Of a stretch of 64,000 nucleotides of DNA, positions 22,487-33,568 are shown one piece after another. Each line of letters starts with the position of its first letter. Position 1 is the stretch's first letter. Both the position numbers and the translations under genes were made by a program. Where the stretch lies: contig JBLDXI010000033.1 in NCBI GenBank assembly GCA_047495785.1, positions 496,001 to 560,000 on the forward strand, written 5' to 3'. The notes below the pieces were generated by a model. The model saw nothing but the letters and a program-made list of their open reading frames with translations. It had not been told where the DNA came from and searched no databases. Origin of the DNA: Lepidodermella squamata. Lineage: Eukaryota; Animalia; Gastrotricha.

Positions 22487-23647
22487 ATGCTTTTCAGATT
22501 CCTGATTAGCTTCTTATTAATACACATCTCAGCAGGTCTCCAGCCAAAAACTGAGGAATTGCTGGCGAATTGCTCTAATGTGCGCGCCGAAATTTACGCG
22601 CCTGCTTGCGTAGAGGGCCGAACTCATTTCGAGCCTCCTAGAGGGGTATGCGACCCAACTACTCTGCTAATCCGATTACTACCGGAAAGATTTCATGAGA
22701 TTGACGATCCGATGGAACGTTTCTCTATTTCTGGCTCGGTGAAGCTATACTGGGACATCAAATGCCCTGAATACCACCAGGACATCGACGACTACTCATT
22801 CAATCTACCACCGGAAGAATTCTGGAGGCCGATGATTCATCACAAAAATGCGGTCTCAAACCCGGGCATGAACGGTGATAGCTATTCGACCCGTTTCTAC
22901 GTGGCTTATAATCTCAACAAGAAGGTGTTGACATTTCTATGGCAACGATTTGGCTTATTCGAGTCAACATGCAGTTTAGACTTTGAGGACTTCCCTTTCG
23001 ATTATCAATACTGTTCAATAGATTTCACAACTCGTGAGAACCTCAGAGCAGTGGTTTTCGGTTTTACTACTAACGTGACTTATATACCGCCGGATTTTCT
23101 GGACGGTGGCTTAGGTTGGACTTTCTTGGGGGTGCATTCCAAGACAGGGATAGCTGATATCGAGGGAAATCGCAGTATCGCAACCTTCACAATGGAATTC
23201 CGTCGACGGCCTGAGTTTTTCGTGTTTTCGTTGATGTTCCCTTGTTGTGGCTTGGCGAGTCTAGAGCTTGCTGCTTTTTCTATTCCACCTCCGATTCCTG
23301 ATAGACCGGTGTTTTCGATGACTATCTTACTAGCTCTTACATTCCTGCAAGGATCAGTCTTGAGCAGGGTCCCTCCTAAACCATATCGCATTTTCCTTAG
23401 TAATTACACGGATATGTGTGCAGTTTTGTCGTGGCTCTGCACAATTTACACCCTTTTGACCTGCCACCTAGCTCGAGACTATCCCGGTTGGTTCAAGGAA
23501 CCCAGTGAAAAGAAATGGTGGCCGAAACGACTGACCCGTGGCCGAGCCTTGGACATTGCAATGTTTCTAGTGTCTTCATTAGGCTTTGTTATGATAAATG
23601 CTTATGCGCTTTACGTAGCAAAAGTTACGAAATATTTGAATATTTAA
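22487..23647 (+). CDS. Divergent intronless pLGIC subunit 7
   Basis: Signal peptide, WRPMIHHKN, Cys-loop CSLDFEDFPFDYQYC, M2 DRPVFSMTILLALTFLQ. Confidence 0.92.
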   Translation: MLFRFLISFLLIHISAGLQPKTEELLANCSNVRAEIYAPACVEGRTHFEPPRGVCDPTTLLIRLLPERFHEIDDPMERFSISGSVKLYWDIKCPEYHQDIDDYSFNLPPEEFWRPMIHHKNAVSNPGMNGDSYSTRFYVAYNLNKKVLTFLWQRFGLFESTCSLDFEDFPFDYQYCSIDFTTRENLRAVVFGFTTNVTYIPPDFLDGGLGWTFLGVHSKTGIADIEGNRSIATFTMEFRRRPEFFVFSLMFPCCGLASLELAAFSIPPPIPDRPVFSMTILLALTFLQGSVLSRVPPKPYRIFLSNYTDMCAVLSWLCTIYTLLTCHLARDYPGWFKEPSEKKWWPKRLTRGRALDIAMFLVSSLGFVMINAYALYVAKVTKYLNI

Positions 23648-23748
23648 GCCAAGAAATAAAAGTGTCGTGTTTCAGAGTTTGTGTGCTCAGCTGTCCAACG
23701 AGAAATCCAGCCAGGGCTGAACAATTTGATAATTTTATTCCTGGCAAT

Positions 23749-24897
23749 ATGAACATTTTGCTGTTGATATTACTTTTCAGCTATTCTTCGGCTGATGAAA
23801 ACAACCCGGAAGAATTTATGGAAGACTTTATTCTCATAAATTGCCCAGCAACAAAACGCACGGTCTACTCGCCCGCTTGCGCCGATGGGAAAGGAAAGGA
23901 CTGTGAGATAACTGACGTTATTTTCACATTCATTGGACAGCGATTTCACGCAATCGACGATGTTAATGAAGTTTTCGCAACTTCGGCCTACTTCGAAGCT
24001 CAATGGGATGCACCTTGTTCAGCCTTTAGCAAGAACAAGACGGATTTAATCGCCTACCTTGACGAAAACCGTTTCTGGAAGCCGCATATTCACCACAGGA
24101 ACGCCCTTTCAAACTTTGGTCTTACAGAGGGAATGACAAGTCGTTTCTACACATACTACGACAGCGCTAGGAAGAACAAAATCGCATTCAACTGGCAGCG
24201 TATTGGTGTTCTGGAATCTCACTGTAATATGGATTATGGTTCATTCCCTTTTGACTCACAAACTTGCAATATAGACTTAGCGATGGTCGAAGGGACATTT
24301 GCGGTTGATTTCGATGTGAATAAGAAGGAAAGCGGGCTGGCCAGCGATTTCATGGCGAACGAAGGGGATTGGTCGTTGATAAGCGTTTCCAATTCATCAT
24401 CGGTCATTGATATCAACGGAAGGAGGCGTATGATAACATTCAGCTTCGATTTTCGGAGGAGATACGAGTACTACATCTACTCCCTGATGGCGCCTTGTTT
24501 CCTATTGACGAGCCTGCAACTTCCCGCTTTCTTAATCCCGCCTGATATGGCTGATCGGCCTGTTTTTTCTTTGACAATTCTGCTGGCTCTGACTTTCCTC
24601 CAAAGTCAAGTTTTGTCTCGGGTTCCGCCAAAACCACATAGGATATTTTTGAGTAACTACACCGACAGTTGCGCAATTTTTTCATGGGTTTGCTCGGTTT
24701 ACATGCTTGTTGCCGTAGCAATTGGCCGTTCCTATAGAACATGGGCCCATCGAGCCCAGAAAATTCGATGCGTTATACCATGCTCGTTATCCATTACCCT
24801 GTATAACTATCGTATTCTGGATTTTATAGCATTCATCTTTGCTCTTCTCTTCTTTGCAGCGGTGAATATATACGCAATTCTGTCTGCTAAACTGTAA
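23749..24897 (+). CDS. Divergent intronless pLGIC subunit 8
   Basis: Start taken at 23749 (MNILLLILLF signal peptide). Cys-loop CNMDYGSFPFDSQTC, 4 TM. Confidence 0.92.
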   Translation: MNILLLILLFSYSSADENNPEEFMEDFILINCPATKRTVYSPACADGKGKDCEITDVIFTFIGQRFHAIDDVNEVFATSAYFEAQWDAPCSAFSKNKTDLIAYLDENRFWKPHIHHRNALSNFGLTEGMTSRFYTYYDSARKNKIAFNWQRIGVLESHCNMDYGSFPFDSQTCNIDLAMVEGTFAVDFDVNKKESGLASDFMANEGDWSLISVSNSSSVIDINGRRRMITFSFDFRRRYEYYIYSLMAPCFLLTSLQLPAFLIPPDMADRPVFSLTILLALTFLQSQVLSRVPPKPHRIFLSNYTDSCAIFSWVCSVYMLVAVAIGRSYRTWAHRAQKIRCVIPCSLSITLYNYRILDFIAFIFALLFFAAVNIYAILSAKL

Positions 24898-24977
24898 AAT
24901 AAACATGAAATGAAGTTTAAACAGCTGGCTTTATACCAAGTTCTATCATTCATTTTTCCAGAGATTTCATCAGCTAA

Positions 24978-26135
24978 ATGAACTTGCTTTTGACTCTTCT
25001 ATCGCTCCTCCCAGTCTCCGTGTTCGGATGGAGTCAGGGGGATGCGTTGTACGAGGACTTGCTTGACAAATGCCCCAATCAGCTTCACCCATCGACTTAC
25101 GCACCAGGGTGTCCAGAAGGAAACTTGGCCGACCTGAATTCTTGTAAATTCATGCCGATTTCAGTAACATTTATCGCTCAGCGGTTCCAGCAAATCAACG
25201 ACATTGACGAACTGTTCCTAATTTCGGCAGTCCTATCTCTATCTTGGACTGTCAGCTGTCCAGATTACTCACGGCCGTCACCGAGGGTGATTTATGTTGA
25301 CGAGAAAGCGTTTTGGAAGCCCCATATCCATCATAGGAATGCTGTAACTGACTTCGGCCTAGCTACTGAGGACATTACGAATAGAATGTATGTGACTGCA
25401 GGGAACAGCAGTCTCAAAGTCGACTGGGAAAGAGTTGGCGCCATAGTTTCTTATTGCAACATGAATTACTCGCCTTTCCCATTCGATCAACAAATCTGCA
25501 GTATCGACTTCCTAATGCAGGAGTCTTCGGTAGCAGTTCAGTTTGTGATTGGACCAGCAACTGGGATGACTGATTTCTTCATGCCACGTGACAGTAGCTG
25601 GGATTTGATATCTTTCAATTCGAGCACTCTTTTGGTTCAAAATGCAGGGAATCGCAGTATGGCTTCGTTCACATTCCGGCTGAAAAGACGAGCTGAGTTC
25701 TACCTGTTCTCACTAATGGCGCCGTGTTTTCTCCTAACCAGCCTGGACATCGCCGCTTTCCTGTTGCCGCCTGATTCGAACGATAGACCTGCATTTTCTG
25801 TGACTATCATGTTAGCCTTAACTTTTCTTCAAAGTGAGATTCTAGCCCGAGTTCCTCCTAAGCCGAATCGCATTTTTCTGAGTGTTTACACTGATGCTTG
25901 CACCTTTCTGTCATGGACGTGTACAATATACATGCTTGCAATGTGTTCAACTCTTCAGTCTAATCGAAAATGGGCAAGACGCGGGAAAAGTCTTCGCCTG
26001 CTCTTCCCGTGCAAAATTAGCGTGACTTTGAACAACGGCAGGATTGTTGATTCCATCGTTTTCTCAGTAGCCTTCTCGGTCTTTATCGCCATCCATTTAT
26101 TTGTTATTATCGGAAATGTCATAAATAATTTGTAA
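24978..26135 (+). CDS. Divergent intronless pLGIC subunit 9
   Basis: Signal peptide, WKPHIHHRN, Cys-loop CNMNYSPFPFDQQIC, 4 TM. Confidence 0.92.
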   Translation: MNLLLTLLSLLPVSVFGWSQGDALYEDLLDKCPNQLHPSTYAPGCPEGNLADLNSCKFMPISVTFIAQRFQQINDIDELFLISAVLSLSWTVSCPDYSRPSPRVIYVDEKAFWKPHIHHRNAVTDFGLATEDITNRMYVTAGNSSLKVDWERVGAIVSYCNMNYSPFPFDQQICSIDFLMQESSVAVQFVIGPATGMTDFFMPRDSSWDLISFNSSTLLVQNAGNRSMASFTFRLKRRAEFYLFSLMAPCFLLTSLDIAAFLLPPDSNDRPAFSVTIMLALTFLQSEILARVPPKPNRIFLSVYTDACTFLSWTCTIYMLAMCSTLQSNRKWARRGKSLRLLFPCKISVTLNNGRIVDSIVFSVAFSVFIAIHLFVIIGNVINNL

Positions 26136-26264
26136 ATCGGGCATAAACTGCACATATTTATAAGTAAAAGAAAATAGGAAAAAATGGCACAGGGCAGTAT
26201 AGCGAATGAAACATTTGCTTGTTAAGCAGTTTAATTTTAGTTCTGAATGAATAATTTTAAAGTT

Positions 26265-26915
26265 TCAGAAGAAAGGCCAGTTGTTCCAGAAGGAAAGGCT
26301 TCGTTGCGGGTAATAAACCTGATAGACTGGTACTACGGGCTGGACCCAATAAGTGGCGACCGGGGCAACACCATGAATTGTCTTGACGTACTCCGTCTTA
26401 TTGATTCCCCGATTAAGAAGAAGCGTCTGGGCCATATCTATCACCAAATCGGGCAGTGTCTTCTTCCTAGCGAAGATCCAACCATTCTTGACATCCTTTC
26501 CATTATATTGCATACCGCTGAAGATGACAGCCACATTGTCGTAGTCGGTGTAAATCACGCGGTAGTCGTCATCAATAAAAGTCTGGTTGTCGATAGGGAA
26601 TTTCACGACCCACTGAGCTGGTTCCTTCGAATCGGCGACTCGCGCTAATGTTATCGTGATACTCCACTTTTTCTCAGTCGGCCACCATTCACCGTGGACG
26701 TAGGTTACAGTTCCGTTTGCATTGGCAGAGTATTCCTCGTAAGAATCGGTTCCCTTCTCAAACGTGGCCGAAACAGGTCGGTAGATTTGGTACCATTTTC
26801 CAAGGTATCGAGTGACGTCGAAGTCTGGTTGAAGAGGGAGCTGACGTCTGCTAGATTGGCCGTAAACTAATGTTAGGCAGGAGCCAAGCAAAAAAACCAA
26901 GCCAGCTAATTTCAT
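26265..26915 (-). CDS. Secreted lipocalin (ApoD/Blc-like)
   Basis: Signal peptide; SCR1 FDVTRYLGKWYQI, SCR2 YRVIYTDYDNVAV, SCR3 GWIFARK; single exon. Confidence 0.9.
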   Translation of the reverse strand: MKLAGLVFLLGSCLTLVYGQSSRRQLPLQPDFDVTRYLGKWYQIYRPVSATFEKGTDSYEEYSANANGTVTYVHGEWWPTEKKWSITITLARVADSKEPAQWVVKFPIDNQTFIDDDYRVIYTDYDNVAVIFSGMQYNGKDVKNGWIFARKKTLPDLVIDMAQTLLLNRGINKTEYVKTIHGVAPVATYWVQPVVPVYQVYYPQRSLSFWNNWPFF

Positions 26916-27494
26916 GGCTCCACAATCTTAGATAAAAAAGCTTGAGAATGGATACACGGCTGTTTCTAAACCGCAGCTAGCCTGTAGCAGCACGTGAACA
27001 TTTTTTCATCACCGGCGTTGTCTGAAAAACAAGGCCGTCGACGCTATGGTGATGGAAAAGTTTCTGAAACGTGTAGAACCTTCTTCTAAACAATGGTTTT
27101 TATTCATGATGGAAGCCGCCTTCCTGGAATGAGTTCAACCATGGCAGCAAAAATTCATCATCTTTTGAGGGCTATGATTATGATGGATCGATAGATGGAA
27201 AATTCAATCGAAACAGTTGCTTTTTCGGTGGGAAAGTACGGGTGAAACTAAAAAAAACGAACTAAAATGCCATATTGACTCTAAGCTAGGTAGCTACATA
27301 TAGCATACAAATATAATGGAAATCAAATTTACACATAAAAATAAAAATCATACCTTGATTTCTATGCACGTATAAGATTCATTCCAAACCAGACCTAGCC
27401 TTCATAATCCGATTCTAAAAAACTTTGACTCCATCAGAAGAATAAATAAGATACACGATACACCGAAGATAATTATTAACGGATCATAATAGTT

Positions 27495-28631
27495 TCATAT
27501 AACTTTAAACACCACTCCGTACGCATAAGCATTGATCCCAATAAAAACTACCGCGGCTGGCGTGAAAACAATGACGTCGAATACTCTTTTCATAGATATC
27601 TGCATTTTCGAGGGGCCAATTGTTTGCTTGAAATAATCATAATGTGCTTCTGAAATGCCATGAGAGATCAGAAAGTAAACGTTCAGACTTAGAGAGTAAT
27701 AGGCGTTCATATCAATGAATTCACTTAGGAAAATCCTCTGAGGAGTCAGGGGGACACTTTGTATGACCTGGCCTTGTAAGACGGTTAGAGCCAATAAAAT
27801 GCTCACGGCAAACACAGGCCGGTCGGGAGCGGAAGGATCCATGAAGAAGCTCATTGTGTTGAGAAAAACCAGCAAGGTGCAAGGAATCATTAGGTGATTT
27901 ACGTAGAATGTTGGGTCTCTTTGAATTGATATTGTGAACGTAGCAGCCGATCTAATCGAATCGCCTGACTCCCTAAACCCCATCCACACTTCCCTTGTTA
28001 CCAGCCGCCACATGTCAGATTCGAAAGATCCCGAGAGAAACATACTTACGTTGTCTAGCTTGAACACGGCAGCGTTGCGATTCTCCTGTAGCATGAATTT
28101 GACCTCGCAGCGTTGAACATCGATTGGGAGCCATCGTAAGTTCATATCGCAAGTTGATACAAAGGATCCAGTGATTCCGAATTGAAATGCGAATGAAGAG
28201 TTTTCGATTTTAACTACCATACGAGTTGAGAAACCGGTTGACATGTCGGTGTTGAGGGGCGAATTCTGGTGGTTAATCCTCGGCCTCCAAATCACGTCCT
28301 CATCCACGTAGAATTTCACCGATCTGTTGGAGATATAATCAATACAATCGGTGTACCAATAGAGCTGCAGTGTTCCGAAAATGACAAAGGTTTCTTCGAT
28401 ATCGTCAACAGTTCTCAGCTGATCGGCGCTGAAATACATCCCAACCTCAGTTACATCGCATTTTCCGCTTATCCTTCCAAAAGGACAAGTCGGGGAGTAA
28501 GACTCTGGGGAGAATTGAGGACAATTGTCGAGGATTTCAAGGGCTCGCCTCATTGAACTCGGCGGCACATTTCGAGCATGACAATAGTTGACCATAATTA
28601 AAATTAAAATGAAATTAGCCGTAACATTCAT
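27495..28631 (-). CDS. Divergent intronless pLGIC subunit 10
   Basis: ATG at 28631; WRPRINHQN, Cys-loop CDMNLRWLPIDVQRC, M2 DRPVFAVSILLALTVLQ. Confidence 0.92.
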   Translation of the reverse strand: MNVTANFILILIMVNYCHARNVPPSSMRRALEILDNCPQFSPESYSPTCPFGRISGKCDVTEVGMYFSADQLRTVDDIEETFVIFGTLQLYWYTDCIDYISNRSVKFYVDEDVIWRPRINHQNSPLNTDMSTGFSTRMVVKIENSSFAFQFGITGSFVSTCDMNLRWLPIDVQRCEVKFMLQENRNAAVFKLDNVSMFLSGSFESDMWRLVTREVWMGFRESGDSIRSAATFTISIQRDPTFYVNHLMIPCTLLVFLNTMSFFMDPSAPDRPVFAVSILLALTVLQGQVIQSVPLTPQRIFLSEFIDMNAYYSLSLNVYFLISHGISEAHYDYFKQTIGPSKMQISMKRVFDVIVFTPAAVVFIGINAYAYGVVFKVI

Positions 28632-29237
28632 TTTCAATGCATAACCTTAACAAATTTGACAGCCTGGATGACTTCAGAGCATCACAAAACCGGAAAGGAG
28701 AAAGACCTCACTTTCACCGGGGGCAAGACAAAAATGCACCTTGGCGAAATGTTTACACTTGCGAGCCAACATTAACTTGTTAGCTCAGAAAAGGGACCGG
28801 CCGAAAAGTACTACATCGAGGTCCGACTGTATTAATACAAATATTGACCATAAAACTACGTAAAACTAAGCGCAAGCATTATATTTGATATTTGTTAATA
28901 CGCCGAAAATCTGTCAGGGAAACATGAAGACTTGGCCAGGCATCGTGACTCTGAATCCAACATTTAGGATCTGCCACTCATGGCCCTGAATATCATAGAG
29001 AAATAACGAATGCGAACATGGCATTGCCTAATTGACTATGCTTTATTACTACACGAATCTATGATTATTTTTGTTTCAAGACTCACGACATCGTTTAGAA
29101 TTTTTCTTGTTACTTGTTGATTGGTGACCTATATATTACCTATGCGATTGGACACAAGTTTTTCGGCGGCTATAGCTTGTAAAATGTAAAATATTTTCAG
29201 CTCAACGTCCGCGGTGGCAATCAAGGAATTGGGTGTG

Positions 29238-29565
29238 ACTTTTTCCATCCGACCAATGTCTTATTTCATCCGACAGCCAAAAATGTGACTATATAAAATC
29301 ATCCGACATGAAAATATCGATTTTCTCGAATTTCCCGAGTTCGATTTTTCCGTAGGAGCTTACACCTTTTATGCGCCCTCATTTGGCCCCTGAACCGGCA
29401 GAATTTTATAGTGAAAGATTTATGGTGATCCGAGTAGTCACTTATTTACTGACATTTTTTGAAAATATGAAAAAGCAAGTCGGCAAGTTTTAGTCACATT
29501 TTGGGTTGTCGGATGAAATAAGATATTGGTCGGATAAAAAAAGACATTGGTCAGATGGAAAAAGT
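29238..29565. mobile_element. MITE/foldback-like element with ~55-75 bp terminal inverted repeats
   Basis: Left ACTTTTTCCATCCGACCAATGTCTTATTTCATCCGACAGCCAAAAATGTGACTA matches the reverse complement of the right end (TAGTCACATTTTGGGTTGTCGGATGAAATAAGATATTGGTCGG...GATGGAAAAAGT), which has one extra internal repeat unit. No clear TSD. Confidence 0.7.
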
Positions 29566-29794
29566 TTTCCCCATGGGGGATTATGCGATTTTTTAGAAGG
29601 TGGGCTTGTCATAAAAAAACAGACACATGGAGGCGTTAGGCGCAGATTTCACCCGTCTTTCAAGGCATTTCCGAGTGAATTCTTCTTTTTTCTGCCGCAT
29701 TTTTCTGCCGCAGAGCGCTTCGAAAGGCTTCATGTAATACATGTTTATTAATCTGAACGTTTCACCAATCAGCGTCGAATGGCATTTCCTTGCA

Positions 29795-32126
29795 TCATCC
29801 CACACAAAATAGCCGTTGGATAATCGATTTCAACATCTTGAAAAACCGAATTTGATGTTGCCATAGCAGTAAGCAGCAAGAAATTTGAGAGTAGCAAAGC
29901 AGCATAGGTGATAGAATTATGAATTCATAGGACGACCCAGCTATCATAAATTCAACGAAAACGAAAGCAAAATACCAAGACGAGCTGCTGATAGCCGCAT
30001 AAATAAACGGTTTCGCTGCTGAAGTAATACTTCCTGAGTCATGTTTTCTGTTAATCGAGAACGCTATTAACAAGGAAAACAGTAGGGCCAGCCCGTTGCC
30101 AGCAGCGAGTAGAATTAAAAAAATAGAACTGTCACTGGAACAAGTAGTGAAATATTTTGTTATAAATGAGTCAGCTGTAGCGTTGTAGGCCGTTTCCAAT
30201 AATCGGATATCGGCGGTGATAGGCTCGACAATATGCAGCGAAATCAGCGATATTATGACGATCGCTAAAATTCCAAAGCTGAATATCAAAGCCGTTCGCT
30301 TGTCTCGATCAGTCACCTCTGTGAAATTTAACGGAACGCCTCGATATCCAAACTTGGGCGTGGCTTGTCGGCATAAGATCTGTGGAGTTATTGGCCGTAA
30401 CATATATTTCGGCCGCAATGTCCTTCGAATAACGATCAATTGTGACAGAATCACGCCATTGATATAACTCAAACTTAGAACTGCTGAGATGTTCACTGAT
30501 ATACAGATTACAGACCCGGGAGCACTCTCAGATTCAATTTCAACCAGTAGAATCGCAGAAACATTTAAGACGATGAAATTAAGCAGGAGCAAGCATTCGC
30601 TGAACTTTTTAATTCCCGTCTCCGTCTTCGCGAGAAGCAAAATCATTAAAAAGTTAAGAAGAATGAATATCGCCCCGAATATTTCCGAAATGCGTCGACT
30701 GATGACGGTATCCAAAGGTAGTAGGATGACTAGTGGAGTGTCGCGGATCGCTGAATCTTGCCCACCTAATTTAATCAAAATTAAATCGTCAGTATCGCTC
30801 GAGTTATGGCGAAATTCGTAGAGAAGCGAGTAGCCAATCGTGTTTTTCCACTTGAATACACCCAACGGTTCGTCATCCAGCTCGAGGCGGTGTGAATACT
30901 TGTAGTGGCCATTTCTCAAGCCATGAAATTCAATATTTCCAGCACTTTTGTTCGTAATCAGCTCGACCAAGCGCGGCTGTGTTGCGTAGTCCAGTATCGT
31001 TAGGTTTCGCCGCATCAGAGCATTGTTTGCTTGATCCAGGGTCAAGATAGCCTCTAGCATTGCGTCGTGGCACAGATGTCGCTCGATATAACCGGGCTTT
31101 CGAGAAGACTGTGTTAAGTCTTTGAATATTTGCTCAAATTCAGTTAGATCATAACCAAGGTCGGTTTCACCGTGATTCTCAACAGCGAAGATTTTAGATC
31201 CTACCCAGTAGGTGATTTCGATTTGTTTCTGGATGATATCACGACTACAAGAACTATTGGCAACTTCGTCGATCTCGAAAATCGCACTCATTTGAACGAT
31301 AAAAGCGTAGTGTGGACCAGTTATACCGAAGTTGTAACTCGAGCAGAAAAATCTGATCAGTTCTTCTATAACTGTTATCTGAACAATGATTACACGCAAA
31401 TTTGACTGCTTCAGAGATGTGAAAATCCAATCCTCAATCATATCTTCAACTCCTTCCAGCCACTTGACTTGAATTCCGTTGTTGATTAGCAGCCGATTAG
31501 TACTGATTAGATCTTCAAAGTCTCGATAGTTGTCGATGCGACCGATCATTGCGACTTTCCCCCAATGATTGATGTTCTTTATCAGTCGGAGTGTTACAAA
31601 GGCAGCCAACTCTGATGATGGGCGAGGCCGATACATATTTGCATAGCGCTTCAGGCCAGAATGTTCCATCGATCCAGCACAGTTCGTATTTATGGCTACC
31701 AAATTTGAGTATGGTAGGATCGATCCGAGTCGTCTGCATCCAGCCTAATAGATTATCAAACAAATGCAAAACTCAACTTAGTAGGAGGAATCTTACTGTA
31801 AAATAAGGGCCCACAAGCAAAGGAGACTTGTAAGTGTCATTCTCTCCGTAGAAATCGAGGACTGTTTCGAGGACCTTTTCACTAAGATGTCCCTCGTCTT
31901 CAAACTGAGGATTGAGCATAATGCCAGGCAAAACATCCGAGCGATTGTTGGCAGAGTTAATAGCAACTTGCATCGCTGCTCTACACATGCTTCCATCACG
32001 GGGCGAATTCCCAGTAAATGGAATGAAGACTAGCATTGTCAAGCCATTAGGCTTGTTGAGCTCTAAGCAAAGCGCTAGAGGTATAAGGTATGCGCAAACG
32101 ATGTATTTGTATGAAATGCGCATCAT
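29795..32126 (-). CDS. Divergent GABA-B-like class C GPCR D (~759 aa, 2 exons)
   Basis: Intron 31745-31796 (GTAAGA..TTAG) joins GPYFT to AGCRRLG in frame. Signal peptide, ANNRSDVLPG, RHLCHDAM, seven hydrophobic segments; far more diverged from A/B/C than they are from each other. Confidence 0.82.
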
Positions 32127-33568
32127 CGGTAAAGCCTATACAGCAATAATCACAGAATGTAGAATGAAATGCATCAAAAGTGACAGCAACAAGAGAGATT
32201 ATAAAGAATTTCGTGTTCTCGATTCCCTCCTACAGACGGAAATACTTATCAAACGGAGCATGCGACGAAGGAAGTAAAAGAAATGCATGGACGTGCCAGG
32301 AACAAATGAACTTCATTTCGGGCTGAGTGAAAGCAGGTTTTCGTTGGCATTTAAAGCTAAGGCGCAATATTACTACTATAGCGTAATTTACGTGAGTTTG
32401 GAGAGAAGTTAAGGCTGGTCGATCCGTGAATGCTTGAATGCGATTGAGAAAGTCTCCCCGCACTGAATGGGCCCCCTCCGATCAAGGAAGGCTCCAGCAA
32501 TGATGCTAAACACCCCTTACAGGCCACGCAAGCAAATACGCACGGGGAATAAAATGATTAAGGTTGATTAGGCATATCATTAGCGTCGTTGATTAACTTG
32601 GATTTAAGCATGTTATTGTCATTTTTATAATGAAAGGGGCGTGTTTACGTGAACGAAGATGCATAAACCAATTTACTCTACATGTTTCACATTTAAAACT
32701 GCGTAAACATGCGTAAATCCGTAAATCAACGATGCTAACGATGTCATCTCCCGGGCGAATGCGCAACCATTTGAAACCCGGGAAATTAGCAGTTTGAAGC
32801 TGGAGGAAAGTTACACGGGTTCCAGGCTTGTCTTCGTTTTTCCTTTCATGTTACAGCTTCTCCAAACATTTGCTTCTGAACTCAGTTGTTCGCTCCTTAC
32901 TTAAGTGAGCAGGAAACCAGCGATATTTCCAAAATTATGAAAAGTTGCAGCCTAAATATATTGCTGCCAATGCAAGCCTAAATTTTCAGTTCCATAAAGG
33001 TAAATAAAAGCATTGTGATCAATGCCAAATTTAAAGATTTAAAAACTCGTGGTGTACTTAACAAACATTTGCCAGTTAAGGGAATCTTCCCAATTCATAA
33101 AATGTATGCTATGTATGCGGAAAATTTTCAGACAATCGTGAACAGGCATTGTCTTACACGCGCGGAGGATTCGTGAAAACTAACACCATAATGTATTGCC
33201 GGCGGGAACACATTTTTCATAGCATGTCAAAAGAATTCAGACTCTTACAGTACGCCAACACAGCCGATTTCCATTTTTGATCAAAAAATTGATATCCAAT
33301 GTACACAAATGTTCGAAGCTTTCTTCATTGAAACTATCGTACAAAGCATGTGGAAAACAGTGACAAACAAGCCAGTCTCGGAAGTCATAATCGTCGCCGG
33401 CATTCTCGGAAGTCTCGCAAGGGTACCCTGATTTTGCTCGAATCGTGATCGGAAGCAATGCCTGTCTCCTGAAATGAACATTGACCGCTTAGTCATCTTG
33501 CTTTATTGACTGATCAAAAACACCAACGCTCGAACGCAGACAAACCACCTGGTGCTTACAAAAACAAC

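Noticed and set aside
23515-23748. 78-aa N-terminal extension of the 460-aa ORF (and similar extensions at 18566, 58457, 39854, 44580)
   Set aside because: They overlap the upstream gene or start at non-ATG codons; signal peptides begin at the downstream ATGs used here.
19790-24980. Splicing of adjacent subunits into concatemeric fusion proteins
   Set aside because: The candidate donors before the stops (GTTAC in subunit 5, GTAAAA in subunit 8) join the downstream acceptors out of frame or run into stops.
33237-33496. Short ORFs after subunit 11, preceded by AATAAA and a TTTCAG acceptor
   Set aside because: No recognisable domain or convincing exon chain in any frame.
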